Source: Lingula anatina
Taxonomy: Eukaryota; Animalia; Brachiopoda
Length of the DNA: 64,000 nt
Reading direction: 5' to 3'
Assembly: GCA_051362555.1 (NCBI GenBank)
Contig: CM120642.1
Span: 620,001-684,000, forward strand
In this document: in pieces, positions 35,647-49,606 of the stretch
Position numbering within the stretch: position 1 is the stretch's first letter
How the letters are laid out: each line of letters begins with the position of its first letter
Program-made: the position numbers and the translations under genes
The notes under the pieces: model-generated
What the model saw: the letters and a program-made list of their open reading frames with translations, nothing else
What the model was told of the DNA's origin: nothing
Databases searched by the model: none

Positions 35647-36299
35647 TAAGTTGATTGTCTTTGTGCAGTATCGTATATATATTGTTTATGTACTTGTTAA
35701 TTAAATACAGTATACCTGAATGTGGAACCTTATGAGTGCACAGTATCTTGTCATGCCATTTAATTTGTTACATTGTACTCAGACAAATATTAAAATAAAT
35801 ATTGAATTAAATATCAAAGGCTGTGCATTTTACTAACTGAAAAGTCAGATGATAAAATCAATAATAACTTAATTGTGAGCTCCAATTAACACACCTTCCT
35901 TAATACGTATATATAACTTTTCAAATTTTTATAGACAACTAAATGAATTAATGTCACTTAACTACATCGTAAACTGACTTACTTGCACTAAGCACAACCA
36001 GACCTGCCTTTTATAATGAGGACAGAAACACATATCTCCAGTAACAACTTTGCAAGAACATCTTACAGATGCATATGAGTTCAATTTTATGCCACAAAAG
36101 ACTAACCCAAATACCAGCAAATAGTTTCAAATAGTTTAACTAAGAGAATTACCAAAATACATTCTTCAATATTACCCTAAAAGTGATATTTGAACGGATT
36201 TTTCTGCTAGCTTTCTATACTGTATATATATATATGGGGCAGAGTTTAGGTCAGATAAGTAGTTTAAATTTCTGACCAAAAATTTAAGGAAAGGAGCCA

Positions 36300-36484
36300 T
36301 CTAAAGCTTTTTTATGGCTGATCGAGTGATTTATTCAGTTAATCTCTTGGCATGTTAAATTTATTTGAGTGGTGTAAGAAACTACAGTAGAAGTGGTTTT
36401 TATGTGTTACTGGGAATCCACTCTCCACTGATGCTTAGTTCATAATTGTACCTTTGAGTTTGCAGCAGGTTTACAAGGAAGTCT

Positions 36485-36524
<40 letters not shown>

Positions 36525-37000
36525 ACACTGTATTGAGCATTCTTTGGAGTTGTTTTTCAGAGACTGCAATATGTACTGTGTCGTCTGCATACCTTAGATT
36601 GTTGATGTTTTTGCCATTAACTATCACTCCATCATGATCATGATCACAGATGTTGCATAGAATCATTTCACTGTACCAGTAGATATTAAAGAGATATATG
36701 GTGATGACACACGTCGCATATCCAGTGTTTTACTCCTGTATAGATTGGTTTGAATTCACTGCATTCACTGTCTATCTTTATGTTGCTACTTGTTTCCAGT
36801 AAAGGTTTTGTGAAATTCTTAGATTTTTGCAATCCAGGTTCAACTGTCCAAAGGTTTTGAAGAGGTCTTCATATTTTATTTTGTCAAATGCATTTCAATA
36901 ATCTATGAAACACAGGTATAGATCTTACTGAACTTCTGCTGATCTTTCCATCGAGTTTGGAAGGTAAAGATTGCATTTCTTGCTCCACGATCTGTTTTGC
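36300..37000 (-). mobile_element. Decayed RTE-clade LINE reverse transcriptase fragment
   Basis: VIVNGKNINNLRYADDTV in ORF 36400..36666, with upstream minus-strand QKDLYLCFIDY*NAFD. Poly-T at 36490-36523. Confidence 0.8.
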
Positions 37001-37146
37001 AATAATATGAACTTTATTTACTGCTGACAGTGCCACAAGTCAAAATAATAAAATCGATAAAAGCTTTTAGTCGAACTACCAGTGCCCTTATGTGGCTTAG
37101 ATAGAGAGACATGAGATGCATAGAAAGGGAATTACACTACTTAATT

Positions 37147-37313
37147 CAGGGCCGTAGCCTGAGCAAAATGCCGGGGGGGGGGGCAGTAAGCGGACACGAG
37201 GGGGCGAACCTACCGAGGGGGGAGGGTGTGGTGTGTAAAATTCCAAATTCCAGATTCCAGCTGCCCCCCCCCCCCTGCCCCCCCCCCCCCCCCCCCCGGA
37301 GGCTACGGCCCTG
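37147..37313. mobile_element. GC-rich MITE (cagggccgtagc...gctacggccctg); truncated at 26-138 in copy A
   Basis: Perfect 12+ bp TIRs with taatt on both flanks. Confidence 0.75.
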
Positions 37314-37968
37314 TAATTGGATATGCTCTCACTGAGGTTCATTTAAACAGTTTCACTTAACTGTAATGCAAAACTGCAGATACATTGGTGAAATGCGCTG
37401 CAGTCAATTAAGAGAGAGTAAAAGATGGAGAAGAGGGAGAGAGAGATGAGATGGGGCTTTTAATCCAGTCATGGGATTTGGCTCATATTGAGTTCATATT
37501 GAGTCACATGTTGTGTTTGTAAATAAATTAAAAGTCCCCTGGTTTTCTAACTAAAACTGTATTTTTATCCAATGAATTATTCTTTCAAACTAAAGATAAT
37601 ATTTAAGTTTGTCTTTCATGGTGTTAACAATGAGATGTAGTTACATCACTGTATGTGATGTACTCTGTACTACAGGTAACATTAAGTTCAAGGAGTTTAT
37701 AGCTAACAAGCTGTCGAGCTATAATTTGAACGACTGGCTGTTTTAGCTGAATTCTGTTGCACAGAATCGTTTATTTTGATGTTATACTACATAATGCGTA
37801 AGCAACATCAAGTTTTAGTCATTAGCAGGTGTTTTTTATTTCTGCTATCTCCTCCTAAAACATTGCATATAACGGGAAACTTGAAACACAGGGGAATGAT
37901 CAGCCTATCACCAGGAATTAATGTGTGTATGGCAACTTCGAAGTTTTGATATGCCTAATATACATGTA

Positions 37969-40900
37969 TACTATTGCCCAAAATGGTTGGTACACGTCGA
38001 AAATAAGTTTACTTTTTGGAATATTTTACTCTTATTTCTAAAACGTAATACTTGGTACAAAAAAGGAGTCGTTGCAGCAATTGGCTCGACATTAAGTAAC
38101 ATGCATGTGTACTATGAACACTTTTCAGTCAGTCACTCTCCACTGGTTATGACTGGAATGTCTGTGGTGTGTGAAACATGTCACAGAGTTTTGAGACAGT
38201 GCTGGTGGGGTGGGGTGCGTTTGTCATGTTCTGTCAGTTTTCGCGGAGATTTGCAATATTAGTAACTGTGTCTACCGATTACTGAGACCATGCTGCGACC
38301 TACAGATATGATAATACGACACTAGATGGTTGCATATGCAAATGTCACAGCACAAAAAGTCAATTTTCAGCTGTTTTACTCTTCAGGAAATGGGTCTGAA
38401 TATTCTCTTTACAAGCCTTTTCAACGGTGGAAAGCTCTACCGGAAAGGTCAGAGTCTACGGGTTTACTACCCTTTTATGCCTAAGCTTAAAATTGTAGTT
38501 GCACTATTACTACGTCTTTCCGATCAAGTAAAGGCGTCTAAAAACAACCTCTTTACAACTCCTTTCCTATCAAATATAGGCGATTTTTGACACGTCTTTA
38601 TAACCCTTTTCCGATGAAGTAAATGATATGAGGTAAGTCATTATAACCCTTTCCGATCAAATAAAGGCGATTTTAGGTAAGTCGTTACTACCCTTATCTA
38701 ATCAAATATGGACGATTATAGTTATTTCAATTACTTATAGCACTGATAATGTTTCAAATTCATGTAGCATTTCTTTTAATGAGAGGAAGGCTTGTGAATC
38801 TTCAATTATAGTAATTTATTGCAAAAAAACAACAATAACCATTAAAATGCAGTGGGAATTATGTTTATAAAGCGCAATACAGCTACTTTATTTCACAAGT
38901 GGAAAGTAATCTTACACTAATGTATTATTTTGTACACTCATTATACGCACACCCTAAACAATAGCGAATACCATTAAAAAATTTACCTAGTAAAATAATT
39001 ACGCAAATAAATACGAACTACATTTAAATACGACTTTCCAGAACAAAATCTAAGCAAAAGTACAATTACAGGAATGTCACAGATTCATAAGTAGTCAGGC
39101 TTTTTCCATTATTTATCAGACATCTGGTAAACATATGATGAAAACGAAAACGACTACTACTTATCCATCGACTTAATGTATTTGCAGAGAGTGGCCGCTC
39201 GTTAAATAACATGCCAATTATGTGTGCCCTAATTGCCCGACCCCGTTTTAAAAATTACACTCATTAGGTATTTTTGTTCACATTGAGTAAGGCGATGAAG
39301 CCTAGCTTCCAAGGAAAGATGAAATATTGTCACCAAAACCCCTAAAAATGCGTAGGCTAAAGAAATAAAATAACATTAACATAAAATAAAATTAAAAAGA
39401 ATAGAAACGCAACACATTATGTACCTGAAATATCCGACTAACTTAAAGTATTTAATCAAAATCAAATAAATGCTGCTCAAATTCTAAGAGAAAAATGTAC
39501 TTTCAGAATAAATCTGTAGAAAATACAGCTATTTATTTCTTGAGGTGTGTGAAACGTTCATCTTATTTAGCGTGATTCGTGAAGCACCCCATTCACGCGA
39601 CTTGTGAATGCAATTGTTTATTCTCCGCCCTTCGTGAAACGAAGACATTATACCCGGTGATACGTGATTTTCAGGATATTTTTAAAATGCCTACTATCAG
39701 TGAGATAATAATACACTATGATTTGTGTATTGATGATTTAGCTTCCCGCGTACTGTGGTCATTCCCCTCCCCAATTGAACTTTCAAGACTGGGCCTGAAT
39801 TAAAACATATCAGTTTACTTGGGATCCCAGCAAAATAATATACAAGTATATGTTCAAATATAAGAAGTACTGATCTCATTGTAATAACAATATATATAAA
39901 AACAGTAAATAAAAATTAATCACCGTAAAGGAGATATATTAACATTTTTCATGTTGAATACCGTGATATCTAATCTACAACTGTGGACTCAAATCGCCCT
40001 TGCGTGTAAATTATTTTCCACACATCAATTTGAGCACTTCTTTAGCCTGGCAGACCCCCGCGTCAGATATTTCTGCCGTTGCCCATTTCAACGCCTTCCT
40101 CTTGTTCAGTGCTCTATCGCCCTTTCCTTTTTCCAGTGCGGTGTCTTTCTTAATGGTTTTTGTGCAGATATAACGAAATGATATCTATATATATATAAAT
40201 ATATATAAATATATATAATGTGTAATGACGTGTTAAACATAACTGAGTAAAGGGAACAGCATGTCTGACTAAAAAAAATTCAGAGAAAGTATCAGGATTG
40301 AGAATTACAAGAATGCATGTACCACTACAACAGACATGGAGAATGTAATAAAATCAAAGACTTGGTAATTTATCAACACACATTGATAATCAATTATTAA
40401 AATGAAAATAAATGAATATCATGAAAATAAAAAAAGGAATAAAACCACTTACTGTCTTCATCCTCTCGTTTTTCCTGTACATATACTCTGTACTCTGTCT
40501 CTGTTGCTATCTTCACACCACACCACATCCTCCCCTTTGTAGTTGCGATTTAATATTCGTTGTTTAGGGGTGGTCGGCTCATGTCTTAGTTGAACTAACT
40601 CTTATCAAAATAACACGATCCAGGACTGGGCCCCTGGGGACGTGTGTTTTGACAGCGCCCCTGGTTAAAAGCTTTGAGATTTCTTTTGGGACGTTAGAGT
40701 TTAGATTGAAGTATAAAAGTCCCTTAGATGCGTTAACACGTGTTTGTGAAGAGATGACAACGGTGATAGAACGTGTCCGTCTTATAATTCTGATTCGAAT
40801 TATGTTAGATAACTATTTATTGCCGTATTCAATATTATCGGCTGTTGTTTCACTTCGGTAAATTGTGAGAGAGGTGTCTCGCCTCTGTTTGTGTTTGACC

Positions 40901-43828
40901 TGAAGGGCCGACTGTACGAGATACACACAGTGCGGCGGGGGAAACGAAAAAAAAGGGGGGGGGTGGACTGGTTGCAGAAAGCGCTTTTCGGTCAACAAGT
41001 GACCTTCATCAGCTGCAGAGTCCTGAAAAAAAGAGGGGGGGATGTGCTTAAGCAAAGAAGTGAGAAACCAAAAAACTTTGTTAAAGCCTTCATCACCGCG
41101 GTTGGAGAGAGGTTACATAAAAGGTTAAATAGCTTATTGGCCACCATGCTGCTTGTTATACTGACCTCTGCTCATGAGTTATCTCTCGACCACCGTGTTT
41201 CAATGGTACTTCATGTGAAAACTGTGTTAATTACTGGTAGCAATCCCCATACAAATACAACCGAATCCGGCTGTCATCTAAAGCAGGCCTGTCCTTCTCT
41301 GTCAAATCCCAGAACTTAAAAACAAAATAGCCGTTTTTGACTTGCGGCGATTTACTTATCTTCATGTGAAAAATGAATTTCTATGAAGAAATCAGTATAT
41401 TGCGATATGATACATTTTCATTAGCAGAAACCGTGTAAAAGTGACACACGATGCACGTTTAATGTGCAGTGATTCTTCACTTACGTGGTTTAACCACCCC
41501 CCTCTCTTCGTCACCCACTGTGAGCAAGATATCATCATCAATAGAAAAGTACTCCTGTTATATACGTATTACAGCACATCATACTGATAATGTTTGCTAT
41601 ATATCAACATATTTATCGCTGCTTAAACTTGCAAAATAACAATGGTCTTATAGTTTTTCAGTTTTTCAAGCAAGGTTTTTTTATGACAGGTAGTTTAAAA
41701 CTAATGGTTTACTAATGGTTCTAGACAGGGTCTATCGAGCGAAATCGTATCGCGGGATGTACTACGATCAGTTGTGGGGCAATACTTATTCATAAAATAA
41801 AAAAAAATGTTCTAATGCATCTCCAGTCAACATTGGTATTAAAGTATTTTTGTTTTCGTCTTTTAGCTGGATGAAATATTGAAGGTGGCCGTGACGTACA
41901 TTGTTGTTAGTCGGGCTTTGTTGAAATTTCCCCGGCCAACAGCGCATAGAGTGACACATCTTTATCTTTTTTTGTTTGTTCTCCGCTCAGTGTTGATTAA
42001 ATATTAGAACGTTTAACGGGTACCCGCTGGTTCTTCCAACTCCCTTATTAATTGAAGATTGGTTGCACCACTGCACACGCTGATTCAATGCATAAGCACT
42101 ACGTCCATCAGTGTAATAAACATTACGATCTATTTAAACTGCCGCAGTCTAAATCGCGATCGTCTAAGGAATCTTTATTTTAAAATACACCTTATTAATT
42201 GAAAAAATAAAAATTGAAAATACACTGACTGTGTATCATGATTTCAGTGAAATGATTTTTACTCTGAAGACACCTTAAAACGTATCCTATAAAATCCAGA
42301 TTGTAAGCGCAACTGTGATTAACAATTTCTATAGTACAAGCGACAAGTTAAATGCTAGACGGTTATGTTGCTGCAACCAGAGTTGCATTATTCAAGGCCG
42401 CGGCCAAACTTTTAATAATCAAACAGCATGGAATTGACCAAGTCTTATTCATTATAATTAATTGCAATTTTATGGAAATAATGATCATGTTTTAAATATA
42501 GACTTTGATATCGCTTCCAAGCAATCTGTATTAATTTAAAATGGTTTTTGAGACGACTGTGAATTGGACTGGATTTGATAGATCAAATACAACTTTTAGG
42601 GATAAATCAGCAAAGAGAAATGAAATAATGAATAACAAAATATGATAAGCTCTCGGGGGAAGCTTCCTCAGGAGAGATGTTCTTATGATCGGGATGATCA
42701 CGAATTTCGTCAGTATATACATGTAGCGCACCTAAGAGAGCGGGTCAAAACTGCCAAAGCCATTGCCTTGGAGCAACAGGCCCAACATTTGGCTCGATTG
42801 TCTCGCCAGACGGTAAACCGCAGGCTGTTGGAACACGGCTATCCTTCAAGAAGAATGTTGAAGAAGCCACTATCGGCATCTGCACATCGAGCAAACAGGC
42901 TGCAGTGGACGCGGCAGAACCGTAACCTTATGGTCCAACATTGGAATCGCATGGTGCTTGCTGATGAGTCCCGTTTTCTACTGTATCAAAGAGATGGAAG
43001 AATGAGAATGTACAGACTCGTTGGAGAATGGGTGTTGACTGAAAATATCCAAGAAACATAAGCTGGACGAGTTGTTTCTGTACATGTTTGGGGTGCCATT
43101 TGCAGCAACGGCACTTGTCCATTGCTTCTTTGAATGAAAACCTTAACGCTGCAAGATACAGGGGCATTCTCTAACAGAACTTGGAGCCATTCGCAAGAGG
43201 GATATATAGAGACAATTTTAGATTGCAACATGACAATGCAACTCCCCATACAGCCCGCTAAATTAACGACTATATCCACCAAAACAACATTCAGCTAAAG
43301 CCACAGCCAGCAAGCAGCGCAGATGCATACCCAATTCAGCACAAGTGGAACTTCCGCTGCAAATTTAGATCAACTTCGAGATGCCCTTCAAGTTGAATGG
43401 ACCAGAATTCCTCTCCAAACTGCTGTAACTCTAGTTCACAGTATGCCACGCCGTCTGGCGGCCATAATCCAAGCTCGCGGTGAAGTATTCCCGCTACTGA
43501 GATTAATAATGAAGTCTGAAGGGTTTTCATTACAATCTCCCCAAATTTCATATTAATTGGCAATCACAGTACAAATTTATGTTTAATTTTTCACTTGTAC
43601 CTGTTGTATAAAAAATACACATTTCGGGGGGCATGAGGAAAAAACCCTTAATAAATAAATGCTTATCTTAGATTTGCATTTTTTGTTTCTCTTTCACTTT
43701 GCTTATCCTCCAGCTTCACATATTTAGCAATATAAAGGGCATAATTTTGGTAATAACAATAACAATGAAAGAAATTGAGCAAAATGCATTCCAAAATTTC
43801 CGTGTACCAACCTTTTTGGGCAAGAGTG
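37969..43828 (+). mobile_element. Enlarged Tc1 element, copy B
   Basis: Same TIRs, TA flanks and transposase remnant (ORFs 42642, 43323). Confidence 0.85.
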
Positions 43829-46180
43829 TATGTTTGTCAACTACCTCACTCTAATGGTCTAGGAGGAGATTGCAGGTAACACATTGTGAGAAAAGATTAG
43901 AATTAACCTCCCTCCAGGGACAACTAGGTTCATTAAAATTTTACAGTGCCCATGTATAGCCCTGATGCCAGGTCTACCAATCACTCAAGTTTCAACTTCA
44001 TAACTGTAATGGTCGATGAATGGGCGGGATTACTTGATATCAGGATTTCGTCTCAAAAGTGTGGGGATAAAAATGAATAAATAAAATGTTTTTTTCTTGG
44101 TGTGGGGTTTCGGGGACCCTCTTAAGGGCCCCCAAAATTTGGTATTTTAGAACTTTGCCATTTGAACGGTGCCATTTGGTGCAGTTAACAACTATGATTC
44201 TGCTAGCCAAAATTCTAATTTTCCAAGGAGGACCATTGGTGTGATTTTTTTAAAGAAATTGAAGGAGTGAGGACGACCTTGACCCCACAACCTTAAATCT
44301 TCCACTGCCTCCGTCTTCCCCTATACCATTAACTAGCCAACTAGATTTTTGTTTATGCATAAAAATTGGTTCAATAAAGTCAGTCAGTAATTTCCACTCA
44401 ATTGTAGCTCTGTTCTGACAGGTCTACCATTATATCTGACGCCAATCTTCTCAAAATCATGCACAATCGTGTTTGATTTTATACTATCTTCGATGATAGG
44501 CAAAACCGCAAGTATTCATATTGATTCCTCTCATATATTCCTGGTTTTGATTTATACAAGTTAAATTAATTTTGTCAGTATTCCATATTATATTGTTATT
44601 TGATGGACAGTATCATATTACTTTTTTCAGCTGAGTCTGTCGTCACCGTCGCCATCGTTGCAGTGCACTTTCACTGATAACAGGATTATTGGAAAACCAA
44701 TTTACCTTTTGGCTTGAAACATACATAACTGATGGATATTCATAATACGCAGGTCAAGTTCGAAAATAAGCATGATCGGGCTATTTTTATGGCAGTTATG
44801 CTATTTTTTCACTTTTTTCAGCATATACGTGTATGCAATACCAATAACAAGTGAAAAACCGTTTTACTTTTTGGCTTGAAACTTACAGAACTGTTGAATA
44901 TTTATAATACTCAGGTCAAATTAGAAAACCAGCTCTGTTGGATTATCATTTTTATTAATTTTATGCATTATTTGTGAAATTTTCATTTTTCTCATTCTGG
45001 CATTTTCTAAGTGTGAACTTCAACTCTCATGGGTCTGAAGCCTTGTGCTTTTACTTTCATTGGTATCACCTGTTGTGCATAATCAAAATTTGATATTGAC
45101 TGTGCAGTTAAGCATAATGAATTATTGCATGAGAATTGACAGTCTCCTATTTTGTGTATTATTATTTTCTCCTCTTTTTAAAGTGTCACTTATGGGCCTG
45201 AAGGCCTTTGCTAGTCACATTTGGGTGGTCAGTCTGTCATTTTTCCTTGGGTAATCATTAGCTAAGTTCAGGGCTATTAAGTCACTTGCCTTCAATTAAG
45301 ATACATGTGGCCATGAAATGAGATTACATAAAACACCACTTGTATTGCCCTGTAAACTCCCATAGGTTAAATTCTTTGCCAAATAAGTGTTCATAATAAG
45401 TAAGCAGTGATAATTATGCAGGTAAATGTTGTTTAATATTGCAAATAAGCTTTCCATAAAATTATCATTGTCATAGATGAATTATTATCCTCAAACTCAA
45501 TGGGGTTATTCATGTTAATACAGTAAGTAAAAGTTTGATTAGCAGCTTTATTCGAATATTTTTGTTATGTTTTCTTTTTAATTTTTTTGTCAAACACTGG
45601 CATTTTTAAGATGTGACTTTTAACTCCCATCCACCTGAAGCTCTGCACATTTTCTGTATTTCCACAAAAGCAGTTGTATTGGTATTTATATCTTTAAACA
45701 TTATGTTATATTTATTTATGCACTGTCATCATTTTTCAAATATTGGGATTCTTTATTTGAATTTGAACTCTCATGGTCCTGAAACTGTAATCTTATTGCA
45801 GAGGCGGATTGAGACCATATTCTGGGTCTTCTGAAAGACGGTCAGATTTTAAAGTTTACATTGACGGGTTTCTATTTTTTCTGTAGGAAGACCATCAAAA
45901 ATGGAGGATGGATCAACATAGATAATTTGGAACTCTGTAGGAAAATATATCTGGATCCGCTCCTTTTATTGACCATGCCACCTGTGCATGATTAAAATTC
46001 AGTGTTGATTGACTGCATTATTTATTATTGTATCAAAATTGACAAAATGACATATTTTCTGCATTTTTATTTTCTTGAGGATGTAAAATATTGCAGAAGA
46101 AAGATAAGCAAACTGTTCATATTTTGTTTCATTCCAGCATAGAAGTATAAAGCACTAAGTGTAAAATCAGCCAATCAGTG

Positions 46181-46253
46181 ATGGGATTGTTGTTCTGGCG
46201 GCTTCTTCTGGTTTTGATGGGGTGTGTCTTGGTCCGCCACACTGTCTCATCAG
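46181..46253 (+). CDS. Signal-peptide exon, copy B
   Basis: Identical to 8630-8702, with CAG|GTAAGT donor. Confidence 0.85.
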
Positions 46254-46279
46254 GTAAGTAAAAGGGCAGGCTGAAAGAG

Positions 46280-46343
<64 letters not shown>

Positions 46344-46377
46344 CATTAATTAAGTAGAGGGACAAGACTGACAGAGA

Positions 46378-46445
<68 letters not shown>

Positions 46446-46847
46446 GTAGATTGACGGACTGTTCTGCCGAACATGTAAATAAAGGGGCCAAACTGACGGA
46501 TAAAAGGTCTATACTGCATTACTCATCAGGAAAACATATTGATAATGTAATTAATTATATTAGTTTTGGTTTTGTTTAATTCTGTTTTTTGCTCAGGGGA
46601 GTTGGAGAGGAAATATGATGAATGATATATCAAATGTAAAAAAAAAGGTTTTATTGTGAAAGTGAAGTGAATTTAAATTAATCTGATGAACTATAAGAAT
46701 GGTGACAGTGTGGACATCAAAACACATATAAGAGGATGTTTTAGATTAATATTAATACTTAAATTCCCTATATGTAAGATGTAGCTAAATTGTAAACTGA
46801 ATGAAATGTTAAGTATGTAATTGGTTAAATAGTAAATTTCTTTTCAG

Positions 46848-46853
46848 CCAGTT
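46848..46853 (+). CDS. Candidate 6-nt microexon, copy B
   Basis: tttcttttcag|CCAGTT|gtgagt. Confidence 0.45.
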
Positions 46854-48841
46854 GTGAGTCTCACTCTCACTAGTGCGCTTCAAATGGTGTTTATCTGCAA
46901 TTTAACTGCAATTTCAGAACACTTATTATTTTACATCTTCTTAACAAATGAGTAAATCTATTATTGGACTATAATTGGATAAATGTCTCCCCGCACACAT
47001 TCCCCCATTGTGAAGGGGAGGTATCCCCCAGAGTGAGGGCCCGGGAGGCTACTTAGTTTTTGTGAAGGTTGAGGTAATGTTTGATTTTAAAAGCAGAGTC
47101 AGTCCAAGGTAAGATCATTTCTACAGTGGCGGATGTAGAGGTGGGGGTCAGGGGGGTCCTGACACCCCGTTCGGTTCCTGAAAAAAATGAAACTAATCAT
47201 AATAATATTCCTCCTCCGTTAGAATTAGATTTTTATAAGCTGATTTATAGTACTAAACCATACCCAATGGCACCATTCACCCTTTAAAATACCAAAAATT
47301 TTCGGGGCCCTTCAACAGCCCCTGAACCCGGGCCCACACCAACTGGGATGAGGGTGGCTTTGTATCCGCGGACCCCCCTTCAAATTATCCTGGATTTCGC
47401 CCCTGGACTAAGATCATGTAAATCATTTGTGATCTGAAAGTAAGATTAAGATCATTTTAGGCCTACTGATGCCTTGCTATGATATATATATATATACTGA
47501 ACAAAAATATAAACACACGAAAGAATATGTAGATTTATTTTCATATATGGAACTAGAATATATAGCCAAAAATAACAGCATATTTTTCTCGACGAACAGA
47601 CATCACTTTGAGAGCATTAGGGGAAGTTTAAATGCAAAGTCCAAGAGTTATGGCATCAAATACACCATGGGGGTCAACATCCTGAGTTCACAGACACCAT
47701 TAAATTTGTGCAGAGCAGTACACCAGCGGCGCATGGACATCACTTAGTTGTCAATAGAGGCCTGATGGATATTATCCCATTCCTCCTGGAGTGCTACTTG
47801 CAGTTTGCAAACATTCTCGAGAGCTGGAACATGATGGCTGAAAACTCTGATCCAGAACATTCCACAGGTGTTTGATGGGCGACATGGTGCATGAGGGTGG
47901 TTCCTAATGCTACCAGTGTCTCTGAAGCGTGTTCCCAGACGACTGGCTGTGGAATGATGCACATTCAGGCATGCTGCAACTTCTGATACTGACCAGCCAG
48001 CACTGAACATGCTGATTGCACAGTTCCAGACATCTGTGGCATGTTGACAAGTGACAGAAATACACATTTTGGTGTGCCCTTTTATTGCCTAGACGGTAGA
48101 GAGTGTCTGTGTATTGGTCTTGCAGATTGACCTCCACTCTGTGATGCTCCATTAGTCTTATGGGTGTAAAAACTGAACCTTTGAGTATACTCACTGGGAG
48201 CGGCCAAGTGAAACCAGACCACTATACTTAATCCAAACAAATCCATCAGTTCACAAATAAACCATCAAGCTGGGCATATTTCATGATTATCCATTTCAAC
48301 CGACCATTTTAGTTTTGTGCGTTTATATTTTTGTTCAGTATATATAAATGGTGCAAGAAAAATTACAAAAATAAATAGCAACAAAATTACGTTTATATAG
48401 ATAAACATCATTTAATTATATATCTGGCATTTCATAAGCAAAGTTCACTCTTTAGTTTAATCATAATTCAGACGCATGTGAGCCTAACCCATGCCGTAAT
48501 GGTGGGTCTTGCAATCGCACTGGATATGGATCTGAATTTGGATAAGACTTCGAGTGCAGTTGTCCCATACGTTATTATGGAATAATTTGCCATTATGGTA
48601 AGCTTTGCCTGCTAAATTCTGGATATGCCGACCTTTTATTATAAAGACAGTAGATAACAGCAAATATTTCTGCGAGAAATTTATGCGAGAAATGAAACTG
48701 GGATTCATAATAATTGTAAATAAATGGCATCTTGGAAGAAATTATTAAAATAACTAATATCATAAAATTTCATAAATATAAACTTTGCAAACTGAAATAG
48801 CATGTATAACATGTAATTGGTATTACAAAATTCCTTTTCAG

Positions 48842-48973
48842 ACAAATGTGACCCTGGCGAATACCCCTGCTTTAATAATGGCACTTGCATAATGTCATAT
48901 GATAATATACATCATAGTTACAAACAGGCATGCAAGTGTACTGCTAATTTTCATGGAGACTATTGTGACTTAG
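48842..48973 (+). CDS. Canonical EGF exon, copy B
   Basis: Identical to 11366-11497. Confidence 0.93.
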
Positions 48974-49465
48974 GTAAGATTATAAGGGCTGTACATAAAA
49001 GCAAAACGTTCCAGGTTATAATGCAAAAAATTAACAATGACAGAAGTTAAGTAAATAAATATAGCAATTGCATTTGACCCTCCTGATCTGCTTCATTTAC
49101 AACATGTATATGTGTGGTACCATTTATTCAATGTTGATGAACGCGTTTGGTAATGACACGGAAAGGAGTTTATCTTTTTAGTGAGGAAATTGTGAATTTG
49201 ACAGATACTGAATTTTTAAAGTCATAAATTCTTAAAATTAAAAATGTATAATGGTCGTTGGTCCAAAATAGAATTCATTTATTCTAGGCAATGCACCCAC
49301 CAGAAATAAAATGTTTTTCTACAGACCTCATTCAGATGACATACCTAACACATTTCAAGTGACCAAATGATTAAGTGATATTTTATATAATCAAGTCATA
49401 TAATGATGTTGATTAAAAGTAAACTATATCAACTTACATTTTTCTTTTTGGAACTTAATTTACAG

Positions 49466-49606
49466 TAACATGTGGAGCAAATGCCCTGTGTATTCATCCA
49501 GGCACATCTAAAATATTGCATACTCGGGAATGTCCAGCAGTACATGTAAATGGCTACAAATGTGTTTGCAATTCTGGTTATGCAGGAGATGGAATAAACT
49601 GCACAA
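49466..49606 (+). CDS. Atypical EGF-like exon 2, copy B
   Basis: As 11990-12130, with one synonymous change (GTG>GTA). Confidence 0.93.

Noticed and set aside
40891-41319. 142-aa ORF as a captured gene
   Set aside because: No recognisable motif, built partly from homopolymer runs, and broken in copy A (3180-3613).
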